A stretch of DNA of 64,000 nt from an uncultured virus (IMG/VR IMGVR_UViG_3300029319_000022) (IMGVR_UViG_3300029319_000022); one strand, 5' to 3'. Shown: positions 46,147 through 56,939, counted from the stretch's first letter. Numbers and translations: made by a program. Notes: generated by a model from the sequence alone, not told the origin.

Positions 46147-46976
46147 AATTTTTAAATGGCACATACTTCAAGCACGAATGCAAAGTTCAATTGACAGACT
46201 ACAAAGATGAGAGAACTCCAGTCTTTAAATTAAAAGTAGATGATAACATAAAAAATAATTTTGTTTTTTGTAAGCCAGAGTTTTTACAGTTATTTGAAAA
46301 GTCTAAAGCGATTGGCTCCTCTGAATTTACTTTAGTAACTCACAATTCTGATATAAATTTTACTTATGAATATGTCAAAGCTGTCATTGATTTTTTCCCT
46401 AAAATGCAGCATTGGTACACTCAAAATTTATTATGTGAGCACCCTAAAGTTTCTCCAATACCAATAGGTATTGCCAACCCTAAATGGTCTCATGGTAATC
46501 AGGATAGATTCAAAAAAATAATAAATGAAAAAAATGAAAAGGATAATTTGTATTATGCTAATTTTAACATATCAACTAATCCAACAGAAAGAAATTATTG
46601 CTATGAGTGTTTAGGAATTAAAGCTCCAATAAGCTATCCAGATGCCGCGTCTATAAAAGATCACGATGATTTTGTTAATCATACTCAAGAGAATTATTTA
46701 AGAGATATTTCTAAATCTTATTTTACAGTTTCGCCTGATGGAAACGGCAAAGATTGCCACAAAACGTGGGAGGCTTTGTATATGAAAAGCATTCCAATTG
46801 TAAAAAAATGGTATGGAGTTGAAAGATTTAAAAAACTAGGCATACCGATGATTATTATAAATGATTGGTCTGAATTTAAAGATTTAAAATTAGATAAAAA
46901 TCTATATGATAGTATTTGGGGTGATTTTAAAGTTGAATCACTTAACTTTGATTTATTTAAAAAACCTAAACAATGA
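46143..46976 (+). CDS. exostosin/GT47-like glycosyltransferase
   Basis: LVTHNSD, PIPIG, SPDGNGKDCHKTWEALYMKSIPIV. Confidence 0.75.
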   Translation: MKFLNGTYFKHECKVQLTDYKDERTPVFKLKVDDNIKNNFVFCKPEFLQLFEKSKAIGSSEFTLVTHNSDINFTYEYVKAVIDFFPKMQHWYTQNLLCEHPKVSPIPIGIANPKWSHGNQDRFKKIINEKNEKDNLYYANFNISTNPTERNYCYECLGIKAPISYPDAASIKDHDDFVNHTQENYLRDISKSYFTVSPDGNGKDCHKTWEALYMKSIPIVKKWYGVERFKKLGIPMIIINDWSEFKDLKLDKNLYDSIWGDFKVESLNFDLFKKPKQ

Positions 46977-47902
46977 AGAATGTAAAAATAAAATTTGCCT
47001 GTCATTGGGACACTCCACAAGGTTTAGCTGACAGGGTGGTTAGAAATTGGGGTAAGCCGCCTCAAGGACTAGAAATAACTTCAGAGGATGAGTTTGATTA
47101 CTTGATTACTTTTAATAATAGTCAAGAAATGTTAAGTGTTCCTAAAGAAAAAAATATAGTTTTTACTATGGAACCTAGCTGGAGTCATTGTGTTCAAGAT
47201 GCAGTTCTTGATAACAGTTTTAAGGTATTCAGTAGTGTTGATAGATTTTCATCTAGAGATAATGTAGAGATGGCCCCAACTTTAATGTTTAGTGAGGATT
47301 CAGGGGGGTCTACGCTACAACATGTAAAACAAGCTGGCGAGGGTATAAAGACCACCATGGATCAATACTTATCTGATAATAATTTTAATAAAAGCAAAAA
47401 ATGTTCAATTATATTAGCAGCGCATGGAGCTATAGCTGGCGTTCCCAAGCATCAAGATTCTATATATTTTAACAGAGAAAAACTGTTAGTTAAAATTTTC
47501 GAATCTGATTTAGATATAGATGTTTATGGTAGAGGGTGGAATATAGATGATCCAAGATATAAAGGATATGCGGAGTATAAAGAGGATGCACTTAGAGATT
47601 ATGAATTTAGTATAGGTATAGAAAACTCTAGAGAGGATTATTACATATCAGAAAAAATTACAGACTGTTTTATGAATAATTGTGTGCCTATTTATGATGG
47701 CTGCAATTTAGTTCATGAATTTTACAATCCTAAATCTTTTGAGAAAATTAACATTGATAGTGAGAACGTAATTGAAGATATTAGAAAAATAATTTCTGGT
47801 TCAAATGAAAAATATGTTGATTACGTAAAAGAATCAAAAATTAAATATTTTACAGATTACAACATATATACTTACTTAGAAAAATGCATATCATTCAAAT
47901 AG
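46973..47902 (+). CDS. GT10 (fucosyltransferase-like) glycosyltransferase
   Basis: YEFSIGIENSREDYYISEKITDCFMNNCVPIYDG. Confidence 0.8.
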   Translation: MKNVKIKFACHWDTPQGLADRVVRNWGKPPQGLEITSEDEFDYLITFNNSQEMLSVPKEKNIVFTMEPSWSHCVQDAVLDNSFKVFSSVDRFSSRDNVEMAPTLMFSEDSGGSTLQHVKQAGEGIKTTMDQYLSDNNFNKSKKCSIILAAHGAIAGVPKHQDSIYFNREKLLVKIFESDLDIDVYGRGWNIDDPRYKGYAEYKEDALRDYEFSIGIENSREDYYISEKITDCFMNNCVPIYDGCNLVHEFYNPKSFEKINIDSENVIEDIRKIISGSNEKYVDYVKESKIKYFTDYNIYTYLEKCISFK

Positions 47903-48609
47903 GCTCCCATACAGGAGACGACCCTTTTATTGAGTTCTTTTCTTCAAAGCATGAAGAAATAAAAAAATGTTTAATAGTGGAGGCGCTATCATCATCTTTA
48001 GACATTTGTAAAAATACATATGAAAAAAAATTTACTAAAGATAAATTAAATAAAATTTCTTTTATAAATAAAGCTATAGTCGAAGATCCTACAATTGATT
48101 TTATCGACTTCTTTTATCCAAAAGGAGAGCACAAAAACGACGGTCAGATCCATTATACTGCATTTAGTTCCACATGTAAAAATCATTTAATTTCTCATGG
48201 AGTTAAGGACATTGAAAAAAAAGAAGTTCCAGCAATTACTCTTTCAAAATTATTTAAAGAACAAGAATTTAAAAAAGTTGATAGATTATATTTAGACGCT
48301 GAAGGGTTAGACGCTAAAATTATATTATCTTTAGATTTAAAAGAAATTGATATTCCTTTCATGTGTTTTGAAGCTGCTCATACAGACGGTGCATTCACTA
48401 GAGGCGAAACTGCTGGAGAAGTTTTTAAATTTTTAACTGAGCATAATTATGGTATATATACTTTTTTTCACAAGATAGACAATCAAATGGATTGGAATTG
48501 GTGGGCAATTAAGGACAATGATCAAGAGATCGCCAAAGATATTGTTGAATTTGGTGGCCACAATACCAAGGTTAAATCACAAGATTCAATTTTAGTTAAA
48601 TTACAGTAG
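47884..48609 (+). CDS. FkbM-family methyltransferase
   Basis: IQIGSHTG, VEA, ITLSKLF, LYLDAEGLD. Confidence 0.8.
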   Translation: MHIIQIGSHTGDDPFIEFFSSKHEEIKKCLIVEALSSSLDICKNTYEKKFTKDKLNKISFINKAIVEDPTIDFIDFFYPKGEHKNDGQIHYTAFSSTCKNHLISHGVKDIEKKEVPAITLSKLFKEQEFKKVDRLYLDAEGLDAKIILSLDLKEIDIPFMCFEAAHTDGAFTRGETAGEVFKFLTEHNYGIYTFFHKIDNQMDWNWWAIKDNDQEIAKDIVEFGGHNTKVKSQDSILVKLQ

Positions 48610-48613
48610 TAAA

Positions 48614-49300
48614 ATGTCTTTAATTTCAAAAGTTTATATAATCCACTATACCAAACTATCTGAGAGAAAGGCTCATATGCTTGAGCAGATCAAACAGTGG
48701 CTACCTAATGTTGAACATAAGTTTGTAGAAGATTTTGATCAGGAGGATTTAACAGATAAAATAATTCACGAAAATTTTGATGTGGAAAGGTTTAGAGATA
48801 GATTTGATAGAGACATGCTTAGATCAGAGATGTCGCTTTGCATGAAATATAAAAAAACTATAAATGAAATAGCTGATTTAGAAAATGGGGAAGAATTTTT
48901 CATTTTAGAGGATGATGTAATATTTAAGGAAGACCCTTTAAATTACATTGAGGCAATGCATAAACTTTGTAATAATCATCATATTAAGTATGATTGCGTA
49001 TTTTTAGGAGAGGCATGGATTAGAAGGGGCGATAATAGAGATATTTTTGGCAAAAAATCACACCCCGCAACAAATGGTTTGTGCACTGTATTATACAAAA
49101 AAAAGTCCTTACAAAGACTTGATAATTTACTGCAAAAAAACAGAATAAGCCAGCCCATGGATTGGGAGCTAAATGATAGATTTAAAGACTTAGACTTTCA
49201 GGTTTATTGGGGTAAAGCCATAACAAAACATGGCAGTGTCCTAGCGCTAGAAAATGACACATATAAAAAACTTAAATCTACACTTAGAGAAAAATACTAA
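48614..49300 (+). CDS. GT25-like glycosyltransferase
   Basis: YIIH..LSERK, EMSL, ILEDDV, PMDW. Confidence 0.75.
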   Translation: MSLISKVYIIHYTKLSERKAHMLEQIKQWLPNVEHKFVEDFDQEDLTDKIIHENFDVERFRDRFDRDMLRSEMSLCMKYKKTINEIADLENGEEFFILEDDVIFKEDPLNYIEAMHKLCNNHHIKYDCVFLGEAWIRRGDNRDIFGKKSHPATNGLCTVLYKKKSLQRLDNLLQKNRISQPMDWELNDRFKDLDFQVYWGKAITKHGSVLALENDTYKKLKSTLREKY

Positions 49301-49842
49301 TGCAAACTAATACTACCGTAAAATTTTTAAAAAGTATAGGAGTTGACCCTAAAGAAATAAAACTGTGTATAGAAACTGGCACATATAAGGGTTGGGGTAC
49401 TAAGAAATGGGCTGAGTTTTTTGATGAAGTAATAACAATAGAGCTTTCAAAAGATCTTTTTGAGTATTGCAAAAAAATATATAATTTTGAAAACGTAAAG
49501 TTTTTACAAGGTTCTAGTAATAAAATTTTAACAAAGATAATTGATGAAATAAATTGCCCATACTTTCTTTTTCTTGATGCACATGGGTCAGGAGGCGATA
49601 CTACTTTTGATGATGATATTGGTAGATTTGGATCTCCAGTAATTAAAGAAATACAAGCTGTTAAAAAAAACCCACCTAAAATTATAGCTGTGGATGACTT
49701 ATCTGATTTTTCAGATATAAAATCTTATCCAAGCCCAGAGCAAATAAAAAAAGAAGTGGCTAAAATTGGTGAATACACTTCTTCAGTATATAAGGAAGAT
49801 GATTTTACAAAAGGAATTTTAGTCTTCAAGTTAAATGAGTAA
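49300..49842 (+). CDS. class I SAM-dependent methyltransferase
   Basis: IETGTYKG, TIEL, FLDAH, VDD. Confidence 0.8.
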   Translation: MQTNTTVKFLKSIGVDPKEIKLCIETGTYKGWGTKKWAEFFDEVITIELSKDLFEYCKKIYNFENVKFLQGSSNKILTKIIDEINCPYFLFLDAHGSGGDTTFDDDIGRFGSPVIKEIQAVKKNPPKIIAVDDLSDFSDIKSYPSPEQIKKEVAKIGEYTSSVYKEDDFTKGILVFKLNE

Positions 49843-50572
49843 AAATTGTTTGATTATACAACCTGGAGCTTTTGGAGATATTTTTTTATGTGCACCTATA
49901 GCTAAATTTTATAGCGATAAAGGTTATAAAGTTTATTGGCCTGTGACTAAAAAATTTATTTCTACTTTAGAGTATTTCCCTTACGTAAAGCCAATTATTT
50001 TATCTGATGAGATTTTACATGAAGACTGGCTGAGATCAGATGTTATGAAAATCTTACCTCAACTTCATAAGTATGAAAAGGTTATAAATTTAGCAGATCG
50101 AGGCCCACATCCTACAGCTCAACAATATTGGGAAAATTTTGAACAATGTAAATATAGATTATCGGGAGTGCCATTTTCTGAAAAAAATAATTTAAATTGG
50201 CAAAGGGACAAAAATAAAGAAAAAGAATTATTTAATTTATTAGATATAGCAGAGAACGAGGATTATGCAGTGGTTCATAAAACAGATTCACTTGGTGAAA
50301 CAGCCTCTGTGCCAAATATAGATATTAAAACGATTGAGGTGCAACCCATAAAATCTTTCAACATACCTGATTGGTTTAAAGTATTTAAGAAAGCTAAAAA
50401 AATTTATTGTATAGAAAGCTCAGTTCATCAATTCATGGACGGAGTTGTTCAAAAACTTACACCAAAGAGGTTTTTATTGAAGAGGCCATCTGCTGGGATT
50501 AATTGTAGATTTACGGTTTCATCTAATTGGAAACTGGACTATGTAGGAAAAGAAAGTATAATACGTGGATAA
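49835..50572 (+). CDS. GT9 (heptosyltransferase)-like glycosyltransferase
   Basis: QPGAFGDIFLCAPI N-terminal motif; CIESSVHQ. Confidence 0.6.
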   Translation: MSKNCLIIQPGAFGDIFLCAPIAKFYSDKGYKVYWPVTKKFISTLEYFPYVKPIILSDEILHEDWLRSDVMKILPQLHKYEKVINLADRGPHPTAQQYWENFEQCKYRLSGVPFSEKNNLNWQRDKNKEKELFNLLDIAENEDYAVVHKTDSLGETASVPNIDIKTIEVQPIKSFNIPDWFKVFKKAKKIYCIESSVHQFMDGVVQKLTPKRFLLKRPSAGINCRFTVSSNWKLDYVGKESIIRG

Positions 50573-50573
50573 T

Positions 50574-51551
50574 ATGAAATATTTAGTTACTGGAACAACA
50601 GGTTTCGCTGGCCCACATTTAGTTAAGCTTTTGTTAAAGGAAGGTCATGAAGTGCATGGAATTGTTAGAACAGCAAATGGTAGAGAAACCGATTTGCTAG
50701 ACATATTAAGCACTAAAGAATTAGAGAGTGTTAAATTTCACTATATAGACCTAAAAGATTATGGCTCTTTGCAAAAAGTTTTATTACAAAAATTTGACGG
50801 AGTTTTTCATTTAGCTGCTCAAAGTCATCCCCCAACTAGCTTTAGTGACCCAATTTTAACTTGGAATGAAAATGTGACTGCCAGCATGAACTTAATTACT
50901 TTGCTTGAGGGTCAAGATACAAAACTTATGTTTTGTAGCACATCGGAAGTTTATGGAGATACTTGTAAAGATGTTGGCAAACTTAATGTTGACAGTCGAG
51001 TATTGCCTAGCAATCCTTATGGAGCCTCAAAAGCTGCCATTGATTTATATCTTCAGGAAAGATTTATAAACAAAAAAAATAAAGGTTATATCACCAGAGC
51101 ATTTAGTCACACTGGACCACGTAGAGGAAAAATTTTCAGTATAAGTTCAGACGCTTATCAAATAGCCAAGATGGAGCTTGGTCTTCAAGAAAAAATATTA
51201 AAAATAGGAAATTTAAAAACTGAGAGAGTAGTCATAGATGTTAGAGACTGCGTAAACGCATATTACCTTTTAATGATTTCTGAAAATAGTGATGGTAAGG
51301 TCTATAATGTTTGCGGCGAGGAAGTGCACCAGATGCAGTATTATACAGATTGTTTAATTAATTCTTCTAAATTTGATTATAAAGAAGTTAAACAACAAAT
51401 TTATAAGCCTTACTATAGAGATATAGATATACAAATTCAAATTGGAGACATAACAGATTTAAAAACAGACACCAATTGGCAGCCCACTATTTCTCTAGAA
51501 AAAACAATGGACGATTTATTAAACTATTGGAGAAAAAAACTTGCAAAATGA
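50574..51551 (+). CDS. GDP-sugar dehydratase/reductase (GMD/RMD-like extended SDR)
   Basis: VTGTTGFAG, HLAAQSH, STSEVYG, YGASK, RAFSHTGPRRG. Confidence 0.85.
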   Translation: MKYLVTGTTGFAGPHLVKLLLKEGHEVHGIVRTANGRETDLLDILSTKELESVKFHYIDLKDYGSLQKVLLQKFDGVFHLAAQSHPPTSFSDPILTWNENVTASMNLITLLEGQDTKLMFCSTSEVYGDTCKDVGKLNVDSRVLPSNPYGASKAAIDLYLQERFINKKNKGYITRAFSHTGPRRGKIFSISSDAYQIAKMELGLQEKILKIGNLKTERVVIDVRDCVNAYYLLMISENSDGKVYNVCGEEVHQMQYYTDCLINSSKFDYKEVKQQIYKPYYRDIDIQIQIGDITDLKTDTNWQPTISLEKTMDDLLNYWRKKLAK

Positions 51552-51948
51552 TTTACAGATAGTGTGGACAAATGGCTGTTTTGATATACTGCATAGAGGA
51601 CACATAGAACTTTTTAAATATGCTAAATCTCTAGGAGATGTTCTTTATGTGGGTATTGACTCAGACTCAAAAGTAAAAAAAGACAAAGGCAATAAAAGAC
51701 CCTACAATAATGAAGTTGATAGGATTGAACTTTTAAAATCAATTAAATATATAGATAAAATATTTCTTTTTGAAAACTCAAAACAATTAGATAATATTAT
51801 TAAATCTATAAAACCAAATGTTATGGTTATAGGTTCTGATTGGAAAAATAAAATTATAGTAGGAGAATCTCATTCTAAAAAAGTCGTTTTTTTTGATAGA
51901 ATCCCCAACTACTCAACAACTAATATACTAAAATGTTATCACCCATAG
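51541..51948 (+). CDS. HldE/RfaE domain-II-like adenylyl/cytidylyltransferase
   Basis: WTNGCFDILHRGH, KGNKRP, IGSDW, YSTT. Confidence 0.88.
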   Translation: MQNDLQIVWTNGCFDILHRGHIELFKYAKSLGDVLYVGIDSDSKVKKDKGNKRPYNNEVDRIELLKSIKYIDKIFLFENSKQLDNIIKSIKPNVMVIGSDWKNKIIVGESHSKKVVFFDRIPNYSTTNILKCYHP

Positions 51949-52304
51949 TTTTTAACACCGAAAAATGCTCAGAATGTATCGTACATAAAAGTTGGGGGCA
52001 CGAAATTATTTTCGAAAATAATGAAAAGTATTGCGGTAAACTTCTTGTTTTTAATAAGGACTCGAACTTTTCAATGCATTATCATTTGATAAAAGATGAA
52101 GCTTGGTATGTGCAAAGCGGAGAATTTTTGTTCACTTGGATAGATCTTGAAAAAGCAGAAAAAAAAGAAAAAAAAATAGTAAAAGGCGATTGCGTAAGAA
52201 TTCGCACTGGTCAACCGCATCAATTAAAAACTTTAACTGGGGGAACTATTTTTGAAGTTTCAACTAAACATTTTGATGAAGATTCTTACAGAATTTGGAG
52301 ATGA
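51933..52304 (+). CDS. cupin (sugar isomerase-like)
   Basis: KSWGHE, SMHYHLIKDEAWYV, EVST. Confidence 0.8.
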   Translation: MLSPIVFNTEKCSECIVHKSWGHEIIFENNEKYCGKLLVFNKDSNFSMHYHLIKDEAWYVQSGEFLFTWIDLEKAEKKEKKIVKGDCVRIRTGQPHQLKTLTGGTIFEVSTKHFDEDSYRIWR

Positions 52305-52594
52305 AAATATACGTAGACATAGATGAAACAATTTGTTTTTATACAGGCAAGCGTAGATATGAATTAGCAGAGCCTAACTACGATAATATAAAAAAAATAA
52401 ATGATCTTTATGATGATGGCCACAATATAATTTACTGGACTGCTAGGGGATGCCGATCAAAAACTGATTGCACAGAGCTAACATTGAAACAACTTAAAGA
52501 TTGGAATTGTAAGTATCATAAAATAATTTGTAACGAAAAGCCTGACTATGATCTTCTTATTTGCGATAAAACAAAAAGAATTGAAGAATTGTGA
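52301..52594 (+). CDS. small HAD-family phosphatase
   Basis: VDIDETI, YWTARG, KPDYDLLICDK. Confidence 0.85.
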   Translation: MKIYVDIDETICFYTGKRRYELAEPNYDNIKKINDLYDDGHNIIYWTARGCRSKTDCTELTLKQLKDWNCKYHKIICNEKPDYDLLICDKTKRIEEL

Positions 52595-53319
52595 GAGTCT
52601 TAGTTGTAGGTGATAGCTGTATTGATAAATTTGTTTACGGTAATGTAAGTAGAATTTGCCCTGAAGCTCCAGTTCCGATATTTGAACCTTTGCATAAGAC
52701 TTCAAATCAGGGTATGGCAGCAAATGTTGCTAATAATCTAAAGTCTTTAGGGCTATCTGTTGATCTAGTTACGAATAAAAACAAAATATTAAAAACTAGA
52801 TATATTGATGATAAGTCTGGTCAAATGTTGATTAGAGTTGATGAACAAGATTATTGTGAGCCAATAAAAGAGTGTAAAAAATTTAATAAAAACTATGACG
52901 CTTTAATTATATCTGATTACAACAAAGGCTTTCTTAGTCTTGATTACCTGCAAAAAATTAGTGAACAATTTACAATCCCAAAATTTATAGATACAAAAAA
53001 GAATTTAGGCGCTTGGATTAAAAATTTTAATTATATAAAAGTTAATAAATTTGAGTGGGATAAACGAGATAAAAATCATAATTACGATAATGCTATAATT
53101 ACTAAAGGCTCTTGTGGAGCCTTATACAAAAATGTGCTTTATCCAGTGCAAAAAAAAGTTACAGTTTCTAATGTTTCTGGAGCTGGAGATACTTTTTTAG
53201 CATGTTTAGTGTTTGAATATTTAAAAACGCAAGATATAATTAGTGGAATTAAATTCGCTAACGATTGCGCTAGCAAAGTGATTCAACAAAGAGGAGTAAC
53301 TACAATTAAATTAAAATAA
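52591..53319 (+). CDS. HldE/RfaE domain-I-like PfkB sugar kinase
   Basis: VVGDSCID, RICPEAPVP, GMAANVA, ISDYNKG, GAGDTFLA. Confidence 0.88.
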   Translation: MRVLVVGDSCIDKFVYGNVSRICPEAPVPIFEPLHKTSNQGMAANVANNLKSLGLSVDLVTNKNKILKTRYIDDKSGQMLIRVDEQDYCEPIKECKKFNKNYDALIISDYNKGFLSLDYLQKISEQFTIPKFIDTKKNLGAWIKNFNYIKVNKFEWDKRDKNHNYDNAIITKGSCGALYKNVLYPVQKKVTVSNVSGAGDTFLACLVFEYLKTQDIISGIKFANDCASKVIQQRGVTTIKLK

Positions 53320-53324
53320 ATTTT

Positions 53325-53996
53325 ATGAAACACGACAAATCACTTATACATAGAGTTCATGGAAGCAACCCTTTAATTGAAAAAAATCTTTATAATGATA
53401 AATCAATTAAGCTTGAGGACATGAAAATAATTAATCGTAGATTTATGGGGGCTGGGATGTCCCAATCATACGCTGCGATTTATTGGCAAGAGTATTATTA
53501 TGAGGCTAATAGATTTGAATACGTGGTTGAATTTGGTAGCCAAAAAGGAAGTTTGTCCACTTATTTTGCAAACATGGCAGCTATAAGTGAGGCTTTCTTT
53601 TTTGATACTTTTGAACTTTATCCTGACACTGATTGGTATAGCAAGCCAAATGAAGGCGCAGGTCATTGGTTTGATAAATTATCTGACAGCAGCCCATTCA
53701 TAAATTACTTTCATCAAGATGTTTTTCATGAAGATTCTATGAATAGAATAAAAGAAAATGTAAATCAATTTAAAACATTTATATTTTGTGACGGAGGCAG
53801 TAAAATAGGAGAATTTGAATTATACGCCCCAATACTTAAAAAAGGAGATTGCATAGCTGTGCACGATTGGAACTATGAAATTGGACCTATGCACACTAAA
53901 CCTATTTGCGAACAACATGATTTAGAGCCTCATGAACCCTATGCGACTTCTGCTATGGGATTAGAGACACAAATTATGCCTTTTATTAAAAAATGA
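53325..53996 (+). CDS. SAM-dependent methyltransferase (CmcI-like)
   Basis: VVEFGSQKGSLS, FCDGG, AVHD. Confidence 0.7.
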   Translation: MKHDKSLIHRVHGSNPLIEKNLYNDKSIKLEDMKIINRRFMGAGMSQSYAAIYWQEYYYEANRFEYVVEFGSQKGSLSTYFANMAAISEAFFFDTFELYPDTDWYSKPNEGAGHWFDKLSDSSPFINYFHQDVFHEDSMNRIKENVNQFKTFIFCDGGSKIGEFELYAPILKKGDCIAVHDWNYEIGPMHTKPICEQHDLEPHEPYATSAMGLETQIMPFIKK

Positions 53997-54748
53997 AAGA
54001 CAAAATAGATATAGTTATTCAGGGAGGTGTTTGGCCTAATACTAAAAGCACTATAGAAACATATTTTCAATTACCCTTTGTTAATAATATCATATTCTCA
54101 ACTTGGGAGGATGATCGTGAAAAAATAGATTTTCAAGCATCCAAAATCGTTTTTTCAAAACCTCCTGCAAATGATGGTGGTGGTAATTTAAATTATCAAA
54201 TCATTTCTTCTAGAAATGGTCTGAAAGAGTGTGTTACAGATGTGGTTATAAAAATGCGCTCTGATCAAACCATTCTTACCGATGAAATGATAAAGATGAA
54301 ACATTTTTATGAAGAAAACACAAATGGCCATGATGTGTTTGTGCTTGGATTAATGGGTTTAGATCTCCCAAGCCATCCTTATCACCCTCAAGATCATGTT
54401 TTTTGGGGCAAAATACAGGATGTCAAAGAAATATTTGATATACCCCTTTCTAACTGGACTACATACAAACCAAATGGCGAGGAGGATTTTTCAAAAAATA
54501 TGAGATCACCAATTTATCTAGGTGCTTATAAGTATGCGCGTATTAGCGAAATAGCTAAAAAACATATAGAAAACCCTCATGAATATTTGCTTGATAACTC
54601 ACCTAAAAGACACGAAGCTTTTGAAGAATATGGTAGAATTAGGGAGGAATGTTTTAAACCATTTCCACGTATTAATTTGAATTGGCATAAGTTTAATCAA
54701 GGCTACCCTTATTCATTTTATTACGATCAAGGAGAAAGATATGGTTAA
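53993..54748 (+). CDS. WavE-like LPS synthesis protein
   Basis: IVIQG, STW, NLNYQIIS..GL, KMRSD, DHVFWG. Confidence 0.7.
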   Translation: MKDKIDIVIQGGVWPNTKSTIETYFQLPFVNNIIFSTWEDDREKIDFQASKIVFSKPPANDGGGNLNYQIISSRNGLKECVTDVVIKMRSDQTILTDEMIKMKHFYEENTNGHDVFVLGLMGLDLPSHPYHPQDHVFWGKIQDVKEIFDIPLSNWTTYKPNGEEDFSKNMRSPIYLGAYKYARISEIAKKHIENPHEYLLDNSPKRHEAFEEYGRIREECFKPFPRINLNWHKFNQGYPYSFYYDQGERYG

Positions 54749-55445
54749 TTTAAAACTTGGTCTTTTTGGCAAAACTTATTTAGACACAATATTTTATTTA
54801 GATCATTTTGTTTTAGGAGAAACTAATAATTGTAAAACCGTCGCTAAAACATTTGGGGGTATACACAATATTCAAAAAGCTAATATAAACTGTGTTACAC
54901 CTTATTGCTTTTCAGATGGTGAGGTAAAAGCGTTTATAATCAGCGAATCAAGTTCCTGCACAAGAACCTCCGTCGTTCACTCTGTATCTGAAACAAAACA
55001 ACCTAAAATTGAAACAAATTCAATTGACTGGTTACATGTAGCCTATATTGATGATTTACTAAATGGCCACCTTCTAAATAAGATAAACAAACAAATTAGT
55101 TTAGATTTTTGCACCGTCAATCCCAGAGAGGATTATATAAAAATAATTAAAAAATCGTCTTTGATATTTGATTCTAGAGAGAGAAAAAATTTATATAATA
55201 ATCTTAAATTTAAAACTCCATTAATATTACATGATAAAAATGGATGTGAGTGCGTTGTTGATGGACGTATTGTTGGCGAGGGATTTACTAATCCAGAGAG
55301 CAATCTTCACGTTAATGGCGCTGGAGATATTTTTGCTGGAATTTTTATCAAAAAATTCTATACTAATGGTCTAGATTGTGCCATAGCTGAAACAGCAGAG
55401 GAAACAAAAAATCACTTACTAAAATGTCAAAATATAATTTATTAA
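54741..55445 (+). CDS. PfkB-family carbohydrate kinase
   Basis: GGIHN, DWLHVAY, VNGAGDIFAG. Confidence 0.75.
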   Translation: MVNLKLGLFGKTYLDTIFYLDHFVLGETNNCKTVAKTFGGIHNIQKANINCVTPYCFSDGEVKAFIISESSSCTRTSVVHSVSETKQPKIETNSIDWLHVAYIDDLLNGHLLNKINKQISLDFCTVNPREDYIKIIKKSSLIFDSRERKNLYNNLKFKTPLILHDKNGCECVVDGRIVGEGFTNPESNLHVNGAGDIFAGIFIKKFYTNGLDCAIAETAEETKNHLLKCQNIIY

Positions 55446-56608
55446 TTCCAATGGCTGGAATGGGTCAGCGGTTTTTAGATGCTGGTTACAATGTGCCAAA
55501 ACAGTTTATTTACTGTAAAGAAAAACAACTTTTAGATATTTCTTTAGATTGTATAGATAAAGTTAATTGTAAATTAATATTTATCGTCAGAGACGACCAA
55601 ATATCTAATTATGGAGTGGATAAACTTTTAAGAGAAAAATATAGCGACTATGATATTGAGATTGTGGTTACAGATGGATTAACAAAAGGATCTGTGTGCA
55701 GCTGTTTATTAGCGAACAAGCACATAGACAATGATATACCTTTATTTATACACACTCTTGATATTGAGTTTAAACCTAATGTAAATCCATCAGAGGTGGT
55801 TAAAGGTGACTATGATGGACTAATTTTTACTTTTAAATCTAACTGTGATAATTATAGTTACGCTTTAAAAACAGCTAACGACGAAGACGGGCTTGTAAAA
55901 AAAACAGCGGAGAAAAAAGTTATAAGCGATGAAGCTTGTGTAGGAATTTATTATTTCAAAAGTGGAAATATTTTTTGTCGAGCCGCTGAGACAATGATAA
56001 AAAAAGATTTGAAAACTAAAGGTGAGTTTTACATTTCTCCTCTTTATAATATTTTAATTGATGATGGGTTACGTATTAAAACTAAATTAGTCGAAAAAAT
56101 GTATGTTTTTGGCACTCCTTCAGAGTTCGTTTTTTATAAAAAAAATGTTACTAAATGTTTTACAGAAAAACCAATAGCTCTGTGTAGCGATCACTCAGGA
56201 TTTGATTGTAAAAATCAATTTAAAAAAATACTAGACTATAATAATATTAAATACATTGATTTTGGAACATTTTTACCTGATGATTGTGATTATCAATACT
56301 TTATAAAACAAGCGGTTAATTCTAAAAATGAGGATGTTTGCGATTTTATATTTGGTTTTTGTAGGACAGGCCAAGGAGTTAATATGTGCGCTAATAAATT
56401 TTCTGGCGTTAGAGCCGCTTTAATTTATGATAAATATTCTGCGGAAATGGCTATAAGACATAACTGTGCCAATTTTTTTTCTTTTCCTTCATCCGTATTT
56501 GGAACAAACAAAGATTTAATTTCAGAAACTTTAAAAATAATACTCAATAATACTTTTGATGGGGGTCGTCATCAATTAAGAGTTCAAGAGATAGAAAATG
56601 CAAATTAA
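55424..56608 (+). CDS. nucleotidyltransferase fused to a RpiB/LacAB sugar-phosphate isomerase
   Basis: IPMAGMGQRF..PK, EKKVIS, EFYISPLYN, GTP; then SDHSG, CRTGQG, ANKFSGVRAA, RHNCAN, FDGGRHQLRV. Confidence 0.85.
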   Translation: MSKYNLLIPMAGMGQRFLDAGYNVPKQFIYCKEKQLLDISLDCIDKVNCKLIFIVRDDQISNYGVDKLLREKYSDYDIEIVVTDGLTKGSVCSCLLANKHIDNDIPLFIHTLDIEFKPNVNPSEVVKGDYDGLIFTFKSNCDNYSYALKTANDEDGLVKKTAEKKVISDEACVGIYYFKSGNIFCRAAETMIKKDLKTKGEFYISPLYNILIDDGLRIKTKLVEKMYVFGTPSEFVFYKKNVTKCFTEKPIALCSDHSGFDCKNQFKKILDYNNIKYIDFGTFLPDDCDYQYFIKQAVNSKNEDVCDFIFGFCRTGQGVNMCANKFSGVRAALIYDKYSAEMAIRHNCANFFSFPSSVFGTNKDLISETLKIILNNTFDGGRHQLRVQEIENAN

Positions 56609-56939
56609 TCATATTTCTAATTTTACTAACGGTTGGTTTATTGGTGATTTTGAACCATCATTATTTAAAAATCCTTTTTTTGAGGTTGCTCATCAACACC
56701 ATAAAAAAGGTAAAATAGGTGATAAACATTTTCATAAACTTACAACTGAGGTTACGTATATTGTTACTGGTTCAATGAAGATAAATGATCTTGCACTTAA
56801 TAGAGAGCGATTTTTAGAAGCTGGTAATATGTTTACTTTCTTTCCTAACGAAGTATCTGATGTAGAGTTTTTAGAGGATTCTGATCTCATAGTTTTAAGA
56901 TATCCATCTATACCAACAGATAAATATCTAATTGAATGA
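56598..56939 (+). CDS. cupin-fold protein
   Basis: GWFIGDFEPS, HFHKLTTE, PSIPTDKY. Confidence 0.75.
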   Translation: MQINHISNFTNGWFIGDFEPSLFKNPFFEVAHQHHKKGKIGDKHFHKLTTEVTYIVTGSMKINDLALNRERFLEAGNMFTFFPNEVSDVEFLEDSDLIVLRYPSIPTDKYLIE

